Below, piece after piece: positions 26,118-32,000 of a DNA stretch of 32,000 nucleotides. Under the pieces are notes generated by a model. The model did not search any database and was not told the DNA's origin. It was given only the letters and a program-made list of their open reading frames with translations. This DNA is from Rhizobium phage RHph_X3_2. Position 1 is the stretch's first letter, and the number at the start of each line of letters is the position of its first letter. The position numbers were made by a program, and so were the translations under genes. The stretch is from the sequence record MW960033.1; one strand, 5' to 3'.

Positions 26118-26146
26118 TTTATCCATCGAAACGCATTCGGCGGCAA
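26118..26146 (-). promoter_or_regulatory. Promoter TTGCCG-N17-GATAAA, -10 flanked by 9-bp inverted repeat TGCGTTTCG/CGAAACGCA (26101-26109/26127-26135)
   Basis: -35 at 26141-26146, -10 at 26118-26123. Confidence 0.65.
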
Positions 26147-26149
26147 CTG

Positions 26150-26419
26150 TTATCTCATCGGGACGGTCGAATTTTCGAAGAAAGGTAATTGCCCCTGATC
26201 TTCGTATGCGTCGCACCCCGCCATGATGACCTCGACTGGCGGGGTCATGTTATACCGTTGACAAAAAGCAGGGCCGCCGCGCGCCATGAACCGGCAGCTT
26301 TCGCAGGTGCGGAAGATGGGCGACGGACCGAAGTCGGTGAACCAGCGGTTCAGGGCCTCGCCGAGGGCTTCGGAAGCCGCGTTTGTTTCGTGGGTGCCTT
26401 CACGCAATTTATAAACCAT
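26150..26419 (-). CDS. Small Cys4 protein resembling the C-terminal module of the neighbouring nuclease
   Basis: CESCRFMARGGPAFCQRYNMTPPVEVIMAGCDAY. Confidence 0.65.
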   Translation of the reverse strand: MVYKLREGTHETNAASEALGEALNRWFTDFGPSPIFRTCESCRFMARGGPAFCQRYNMTPPVEVIMAGCDAYEDQGQLPFFENSTVPMR

Positions 26420-26420
26420 T

Positions 26421-28091
26421 TCAATGCTCCTCGAATATGGCAGACATGATTTGTGGATTCTTGCCGCCTTTGTTTTTGTTCAACCAAACGCGGATGGCTT
26501 TGGGGATTTTGAGGTAATCCACGGCTTTAAGCGCGTCGTCAACCGTGGGCGGGTAGTGTTCGGCAGGATATCTTTGCCGCCACCAGCGTTGCGCGATACC
26601 CTGAGCCTGTGGATGCTCGATTGGTACCCATTCGCTGAACCGTCGGATGCCGCAGAAATAATCGACGCGCAGCGAGGGCGTGCCGCCGAGCTTCTCATGC
26701 TTCGAATAGTTCAGGTTGTCGACCTTGAACACTTCGACAATAGGATCCTCCTTCTTGGCGATCAGCACCGCGGTCGATGCTGTGCTGGTGATTTTCTCCT
26801 TGAATGTGAACTCTTCGCCGCATTCCTTGTTGATGCAGAAGCGCGCCGAGATATGGTTCATGCAACCGCAGGCGTCGCACACCTTGACGGGCATATCCCC
26901 GCCTTTGTCGCCCTTCTTCTTTGGGATGCGAGGGTCGTTGACGGGGCCGAGGCGCATTGTGTTGCCGGCGAAGTCGAGCACAAGGCAATCCTGCTTCTCG
27001 GAGGCCGAGATCGAGGCGAGGCGACCCTCTATCGTGTCCAGGTCGAAACCGTCCATAAAATCGGGTCTCGTGCCTCGGCCCAAGATCTGTACATGCAAAC
27101 CCGGGGACTCGGTCGCACGCAGCAAAATGATGCAGTCGAGCGCGGGGAAATCGTACCCAGTCGTCAGCATGTCGCCGTTGACCAGCGCACGGATTTGCCC
27201 CGTCTCGAAGGCGAGCAGGGCATCCTCCTGGTCGCCGACCGACATCTTCGAATGATACGCGGCCGCAGTGATCCCACGCTCGCGCAGGATCTCAACGATC
27301 ATCTCGGCATGGTCGATGCCTTGCGAGAAGAACAGCCAATGCTTGCGACTGTCAGCCTTGACGATGGTTTCGTCTACGGCGTCACAGGTAAGGTCGTACT
27401 TACCCATCACCTCTTGGATTTCTTTGTCGACATATTCGCCGCCCCGTTTATGAACCCCGCTCAGGTCGAACTGGGTATCGGTCGGGAACGGGACCAGCGG
27501 TACTAGGTACCCTTCGTCAATGAAGCGGTTGAACGCGTCAACGGTCGTGGCGTCGTAGCACACATGAGTGAAGATACCGCCATCGGTGATCATGCCGAGG
27601 CCGAGGCGATATGGGGTCGCAGACAAGCCGATCACGCGAACGTAGTTGTTCCGCTTATGAAGGAAGCCAATGACCTTTTTGTACCCAGTCTCGTCGTCCG
27701 GGGATACGTCCTGGCACTCGTCGACAAAGACGATGTCAATTTTGCCGAACTTCTCAGGCGCCCGCATGACCGATTGGATCGTGGCGAACGTGATCGGCAT
27801 ATTGGATTCTTTACGCTTCAATTTCGCCGCGTAAATGCCGACCGGCGCTTGAGGCCAAACCGCCTTGAGCCGCTTATAGTTTTGCTCGACCAGCTTCGCC
27901 GACCTGGTGAGCATGAGGATGCGCTGCCCGGGCCAATAGCGGAACACCTGTTGAATGAACCTGGCGATGATGACCGACTTGCCCGTGCCGGTCGGCAGGG
28001 CAATAACGGGATTGTACTTCGCCTCCTTGTGAACGGCGAAGTACTCGAAAAGCGATTGGACCGCCTCGGTTTGGTACCATCTATCTTGCAT
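26421..28091 (-). CDS. SF2 DEAD/DEAH-family helicase
   Basis: RWYQTEAVQSLF, ALPTGTGKSVII, IVFVDECQDV, GLSATPYR, GRGTRPDF; ATG at 28089-28091 overlaps upstream TGA. Confidence 0.92.
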   Translation of the reverse strand: MQDRWYQTEAVQSLFEYFAVHKEAKYNPVIALPTGTGKSVIIARFIQQVFRYWPGQRILMLTRSAKLVEQNYKRLKAVWPQAPVGIYAAKLKRKESNMPITFATIQSVMRAPEKFGKIDIVFVDECQDVSPDDETGYKKVIGFLHKRNNYVRVIGLSATPYRLGLGMITDGGIFTHVCYDATTVDAFNRFIDEGYLVPLVPFPTDTQFDLSGVHKRGGEYVDKEIQEVMGKYDLTCDAVDETIVKADSRKHWLFFSQGIDHAEMIVEILRERGITAAAYHSKMSVGDQEDALLAFETGQIRALVNGDMLTTGYDFPALDCIILLRATESPGLHVQILGRGTRPDFMDGFDLDTIEGRLASISASEKQDCLVLDFAGNTMRLGPVNDPRIPKKKGDKGGDMPVKVCDACGCMNHISARFCINKECGEEFTFKEKITSTASTAVLIAKKEDPIVEVFKVDNLNYSKHEKLGGTPSLRVDYFCGIRRFSEWVPIEHPQAQGIAQRWWRQRYPAEHYPPTVDDALKAVDYLKIPKAIRVWLNKNKGGKNPQIMSAIFEEH

Positions 28092-29101
28092 CAATCATGG
28101 ATCGCTTGATATGAAGGGCAGGCCTTCAAGATGAAATCTTCGGGGATAATACCGTGGAACTGTGAGCAATGCCAAGCCCCATTTTCGACGGGCACCGAAA
28201 ATTTGCAGGATCTGCAATTCCGGTCGGGCGCTTCGTTGTAGTGGCAAATCCCCTGATATGAGCAGAACTTGCACTCGAACCAAGAGGGGTGCTTGCCGAC
28301 ACGATCCGGGGCGGTGACCGAGTAAATGATCCGGTGCGCCTTCTCGATGTACTCGCGTCCTTTGTCGCGGTCACGGCGAACCAGCTCGTAGTAGCGCTCA
28401 TCGTTGTCCTTGCACACAGCGCAGTAAAGCGCGGCGTCAAGGTCTTCGTGCTCCATGTAGGTCTGCATCTGCGCCCAATGCTCAGGCTTGACCTTGCGCA
28501 CGGGCGACGGCTCCTTGTCGACCCGGGCTTTGATCAGCTTGGCAAAGGAATCCTTGTTGTGCGTCTTGAACTCGAGCAACAGCTGAGTGGTGATCCCGGC
28601 GATCTCAAACGGTGGCCACGCCTTGCCGTCGAGCGACCCGCCGAAGTGATTGGAATGGTTTGAGATGCGCCATTGCTTGAGCTTGATGCCAAGCTTCTCG
28701 GCGAGCATGAGGTGCTCTGGCACGTCGGACACGTCGGAGACGTGGATGCCGATCTCAGCGTAGCCATTGACGTCCTCTTCCCAGCCGATGCAGAAGTATT
28801 CGCTGGTTTCGTGGTTGTAACACAGGCGCTGAGCGTATTCCTGGACGATCCACCCCGCCATGCGCAGGTGTTTGACGAACACGAACTCTTCCTTGTGCCC
28901 GCGCTGAAACAGGCGGTGCATCCTGGCCTCGAACTTTGGCGCCTTAGCCCAGCGGAAGCCGTACCAAATCTCACGGTCGCAGGCGCGCCCAATCATCGAG
29001 CCGCCGAGGTGCGAGCGAAACGGATCGTCCTGCTCAGCCTCGCGGACAATCGCGTCGTCAATCATGCCGGCGAGTACCTGGCAAAGTTCAATATCGTCCA
29101 T
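28091..29101 (-). CDS. PD-(D/E)XK exonuclease, Cas4/RecB-like, with Cys-rich C-terminus
   Basis: GSLDGKA...LLLEFKTHNKDSF; QMQTYM; WFECKFCSYQGICHY; CRSCKF...CPSY. Confidence 0.78.
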   Translation of the reverse strand: MDDIELCQVLAGMIDDAIVREAEQDDPFRSHLGGSMIGRACDREIWYGFRWAKAPKFEARMHRLFQRGHKEEFVFVKHLRMAGWIVQEYAQRLCYNHETSEYFCIGWEEDVNGYAEIGIHVSDVSDVPEHLMLAEKLGIKLKQWRISNHSNHFGGSLDGKAWPPFEIAGITTQLLLEFKTHNKDSFAKLIKARVDKEPSPVRKVKPEHWAQMQTYMEHEDLDAALYCAVCKDNDERYYELVRRDRDKGREYIEKAHRIIYSVTAPDRVGKHPSWFECKFCSYQGICHYNEAPDRNCRSCKFSVPVENGAWHCSQFHGIIPEDFILKACPSYQAIHD

Positions 29102-29123
29102 GTCAATCCCCTAAAATGAAAAA

Positions 29124-29148
29124 GGGATCGGTGCTAGCAACCGATCCC
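29124..29148 (-). terminator. Rho-independent terminator
   Basis: GGGATCGGT/ACCGATCCC 9-bp stem, 7-nt loop, T5 on the - strand. Confidence 0.85.
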
Positions 29149-29174
29149 CGCCTGCATTGGCCCAGCGTACTGAT

Positions 29175-29672
29175 CTAGGCCGCAGCGGCTAACTCATCAC
29201 CCTTTGTCGCCGAGATATAGACGATCACCGCGGCGACCATTTTCGAGGCGATCATGAGCAGGAACGTTCCCCAGGTGAACCCCGAAATGCCGAGCAGGAA
29301 CACGCCGGTATCGAGTGGGGTCGAGATCAGCGAGGACAGCAAGACGCGATCCCGGAACGGTCGTTTGGTGAGCGTGTACATGAGATAGTCGGCGCCCTCG
29401 GCGACCGTGAACGCGGCAAGCGAGGCAAAGGCGACAAAGGGGTCGGCGAGCAGGAATGAAAGGATCGCGCCGATCGCCATGCCGAATAGAACGTAGTGCC
29501 CCGCGTAGCGTTGCGCATAGTCGCGCAGAACGAAGGTGAGGCCGACGACCACAGCCATGGGTGAGAGGAGGCCCAGCGGCGTTTCGATCATGGGAACGAA
29601 CGAGAAGCCGACGTTGACGCCGAGGATGGTGGCGATGTAGATCGCCATGAATGCGAAGCCTGCAATTTTCAT
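29175..29672 (-). CDS. YhhQ/VUT-family membrane transporter (preQ0/preQ1-type)
   Basis: Multi-TM; VVVGLTFVLRDYAQRYAGHYVLFGMAIGAILSFLLADPFVAFASLAAFTVAEGADYLMYTLTKRPFRDRVLLSSLISTPLDTGVFL pattern; AAAGGG RBS before ATG at 29670-29672. Confidence 0.75.
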   Translation of the reverse strand: MKIAGFAFMAIYIATILGVNVGFSFVPMIETPLGLLSPMAVVVGLTFVLRDYAQRYAGHYVLFGMAIGAILSFLLADPFVAFASLAAFTVAEGADYLMYTLTKRPFRDRVLLSSLISTPLDTGVFLLGISGFTWGTFLLMIASKMVAAVIVYISATKGDELAAAA

Positions 29673-29715
29673 GAGGAACCCTTTCTTGGGTGTTGCATGA
29701 TTGAAGAAAAGAGGT

Positions 29716-29789
29716 GCCACGTATTATCCCCGCTACGTGGCCAAGCGGTGGGTTTAGTCGGCAAGGGGCGAGGGGATGCTCTTGCCGAC
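29716..29789 (-). promoter_or_regulatory. Structured leader candidate: two perfect hairpins with complementary loops upstream of the transporter gene
   Basis: H1 29757-29765/29781-29789; H2 29716-29723/29734-29741; loops contain GGGGAT (29772-29777) and ATCCCC (29726-29731) on the + strand. Confidence 0.5.
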
Positions 29790-29800
29790 CCAGGATTTCG

Positions 29801-30517
29801 TTACTGCTGAGCCCACGGCGGCGGGGCGTTCGGGTCGAACTGCGGAGCGCCGTTGCCCTGAGCGGGTTGGCCCTGCTGGGGCTGGTTGCCACCCCACGGC
29901 GGGGCGCCGCCGCCAACAGCTGCGTTCGGATCTTGCCACGGCTGACCCTGCGGTTGCGTCTGCTGGGGCTGTTGCTGCGGCTGCATCTGTTGCTGCTGAG
30001 GCTGCCCCTGATAAGGCGGCTGGCCGTTCATCTGCGCCGGCTGACCGTTGTTGGTGCCCCACGCGGGACCGCCCTGCGGTGCGCCGCCCTGCGGACCACC
30101 CTGCTTGCCGGGTTCGTTGCCGTTGATGTCCCGATAACCCTTGATTTCGTTCGTCATGACATCCGGCTGGTCGTTGCGCGGCTTCTTGACGACGACGGCG
30201 ATAAAGGGAACGCCGTGGAGCTGCTCGGTCTGCGTGATCTGCATCCGTCCCGTGACGTAGCAGAGCGCCGAAAGCGTTCCATAGGCGATTTGCACCGCGG
30301 TCTGGTTCGGATTCTCAATGTTGAGACGGTCATAGACCTTGCGACCCTTGTACTCGCCGGCCTGGATCGTCTGCTCGAGTTCGATATAGGCGCCGTCGCC
30401 CTTCTGCGTCGGCTTCTTCGTGGAGGCCGTGATCATGACCGGGTAGTTGCCGGACGGGATCGCTTCAAGGGCGACATTCGGCTGAACCTGGTTGGCGTTG
30501 AAATTAAGTGCTACCAT
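29801..30517 (-). CDS. DUF669-like protein (putative ssDNA-binding) with Gln/Pro/Gly-rich tail
   Basis: ALEAIPSGNYPVMITASTKKPTQKGDGAYIELEQTIQAGEYKGRKVYDRLNIENPNQTAVQIAYGTLSALCYVTG. Confidence 0.8.
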   Translation of the reverse strand: MVALNFNANQVQPNVALEAIPSGNYPVMITASTKKPTQKGDGAYIELEQTIQAGEYKGRKVYDRLNIENPNQTAVQIAYGTLSALCYVTGRMQITQTEQLHGVPFIAVVVKKPRNDQPDVMTNEIKGYRDINGNEPGKQGGPQGGAPQGGPAWGTNNGQPAQMNGQPPYQGQPQQQQMQPQQQPQQTQPQGQPWQDPNAAVGGGAPPWGGNQPQQGQPAQGNGAPQFDPNAPPPWAQQ

Positions 30518-30553
30518 GGCAGTGTTGCTTTCCTAGGGGTTGAAATTGACCGA

Positions 30554-30784
30554 TTATTCGGTCGGTTCGCCGTTGCCCGGAACAACGGGATCTGGTATCG
30601 TCACTTCCTTAGACGAAGTTTCGAAAATGGTGACGGACGTGCTGGGCGAGGAGAACGCCACCGATCCGTCGTGGTTGTAGATGCGAGTTCCCATGCCATC
30701 CACAACGACAGACGCCTTGTCGTTGAACGAAAGCTGGTTATCGCCGTGAAGAACGCTGAAATTTCGGGAGATGCGGGTTGCCAT
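30554..30784 (-). CDS. Small hypothetical protein
   Basis: 76 aa ORF, A/C-rich leader. Confidence 0.6.
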   Translation of the reverse strand: MATRISRNFSVLHGDNQLSFNDKASVVVDGMGTRIYNHDGSVAFSSPSTSVTIFETSSKEVTIPDPVVPGNGEPTE

Positions 30785-30921
30785 TGTGTTGCTCGCTTTC
30801 GTTGTGTTGGGGTGGGTGAGGTTGGGTTCGGTTGGGTGTTCGTTGTGTTGCCTGAACCCTAGCTCTGGAATTTTCGGCGCGCAAGGAGGAAAATTGGGTT
30901 CTTGCGTGCCGATTTGAGGCG

Positions 30922-31602
30922 CTAACCTGTGATCTTCTGGATGATCTTGCCCAGGTGCGGCTCCTCGATCTGGTTCAGTTTACCAGATCGGTCCTTGGCG
31001 TCGTTCTGAAAGTCGGGCTGGCAACGCAAATAGCGATATGAACCGGCCATACCCTGATTCTCAATCCCCAGTTGGAACACCTCGTCCGGGAAATAGGGAA
31101 CGTTTTGCGCGAGCTTGTTGCCCGGCATCATCGGGGCATTCATGACGACGCCCGACACGTCATCCTTGAGCCGCTCTTCCTTGGCCGACATGTAGACATG
31201 GAAGCCAGGTAGGTCGCGCCAATTGCGGATTTCGTCGGACATTTGCTTGATCATGTCGCCGTAGGCCTTGCGCCCATCCTTGGTCTTTTCCTGATGGGCG
31301 GACAGGCACGTCTCGGCGATGTCGGAGATGGAGTCGAGGCAAATGGTTTGGAAGTGTCGGGCCTCGGCCGAAGAGCGAGCCCAGGTATAGGCGTCGCGGA
31401 AGTCGTTGAAGTTTTTGATCTCGATATATGGGAGATCGTACATGGCCAGCGAGAGCAGGCCTGATTCCGCCGAGAGAATAATGGGGTTGGGACACGTCGA
31501 GCAGAGGTAGGTTTTACCTCTGCCCGCGCGACCGTACACCAGAATTTTGACGCCGTTCTGAGCGCCGTAGTTTCGGGTATTCCGGATTTGGACGTTCACC
31601 AT
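30922..31602 (-). CDS. Sak4-like AAA ATPase / single-strand annealing-associated nucleotide-binding protein
   Basis: KILVYGRAGRGKTYLCSTCPNPIILSAESGL, TICLDSISDIAE, FHVYMSAKEE. Confidence 0.8.
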   Translation of the reverse strand: MVNVQIRNTRNYGAQNGVKILVYGRAGRGKTYLCSTCPNPIILSAESGLLSLAMYDLPYIEIKNFNDFRDAYTWARSSAEARHFQTICLDSISDIAETCLSAHQEKTKDGRKAYGDMIKQMSDEIRNWRDLPGFHVYMSAKEERLKDDVSGVVMNAPMMPGNKLAQNVPYFPDEVFQLGIENQGMAGSYRYLRCQPDFQNDAKDRSGKLNQIEEPHLGKIIQKITG

Positions 31603-32000
31603 CGGATCTTATTTTCGTCCTTGAGTTCGAGGGTCGGCGCGCCGGGTTTCTCGGTGATCGCCGGCGCCAACAGTTTGACATCATCAGCGGACAATGCTTT
31701 GAACTCCTTGGTCTTGAGCTCGGGCGTGTACTTGATGACATCGGCGATGAGAGGTGCGATGTTAGGCTTTTCCCGCAATTCGTCAAGAACTTTTTTGTCT
31801 ACCGAGCGATTGATCTTGTGGGTCATTTGGATCGCCTTGCCGTGGCCGACGCGGGTTTTGTTGTTCGATCCCTCGACCGGGTTCGGGAACAGCAACGCGG
31901 CGAGTTCCTTGCGCAGACGCATTTCCTCGGTCGTCCATTTCGCACACTCGGTCGATGCGTGATTCCATGCAGTGATGAGGTTTTCAATCTTCTTCGACAT
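31596..32000 (-). CDS. Conserved phage protein adjacent to Sak4-like gene; ATG at window edge, may extend beyond
   Basis: 134 aa, overlaps Sak4-like start by 7 nt. Confidence 0.6.
   Translation of the reverse strand: MSKKIENLITAWNHASTECAKWTTEEMRLRKELAALLFPNPVEGSNNKTRVGHGKAIQMTHKINRSVDKKVLDELREKPNIAPLIADVIKYTPELKTKEFKALSADDVKLLAPAITEKPGAPTLELKDENKIRW

Noticed and set aside
26424-27506. 360-aa + strand ORF
   Set aside because: Antisense to the SF2 helicase with intact motifs.
29673-29800. Classical preQ1 class I riboswitch upstream of the transporter
   Set aside because: No match to the short preQ1-I H-type pseudoknot consensus by eye; kept only as an unclassified structured leader.
1-32000. 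tRNA genes, CRISPR arrays, transposases, integrase
   Set aside because: No cloverleaf with conserved T-loop, no regularly spaced direct repeats of CRISPR type, and no recombinase or transposase motifs were recognised, although a by-eye scan cannot exclude a divergent tRNA.

Overview
The window is part of a tailed (siphovirus-like) phage genome, GC-rich and probably infecting a proteobacterium. About 0-12.7 kb on the + strand carries the tail and lysis module. It includes lambda G/GT-like tail chaperones with a probable programmed -1 frameshift, a tape measure, distal tail proteins, a 1417-aa tail tip/host-specificity protein with degenerate ITAxKIAAxT repeats, a GH19-type endolysin and overlapping Rz/Rz1-like spanins. 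About 12.7-32 kb on the - strand carries replication, recombination and DNA-modification genes: family B DNA polymerase, a beta-clamp-like protein, SF2 helicase, Cas4/RecB-like nuclease, DUF669-like protein, Sak4-like ATPase and RNase H. The most notable content is a 7-deazaguanine DNA hypermodification locus: a DpdA-like transglycosylase, FolE, QueD, QueC and QueE, with a nucleoside deoxyribosyltransferase-like protein and a small WYL-like protein between queC and queE, and a YhhQ/VUT-family (preQ0/preQ1-type) transporter elsewhere in the same strand block. The phage QueC lacks the usual C-terminal Cys cluster and QueD has altered His motifs. Further observations from reading the DNA: five phage promoters of form TTGCCN-N17-GATAAA; a leader upstream of the transporter with two perfect hairpins and complementary loops; two unlisted small membrane ORFs coupled by stop/start overlap; a shared 'GxNxxTAxTQYxxW' module in four proteins; a Cys4 module found both at the nuclease C-terminus and alone in a small ORF; and a probable alternative reading frame at the RNase H 3' end. 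All family assignments are by eye from motifs; no database search was run.
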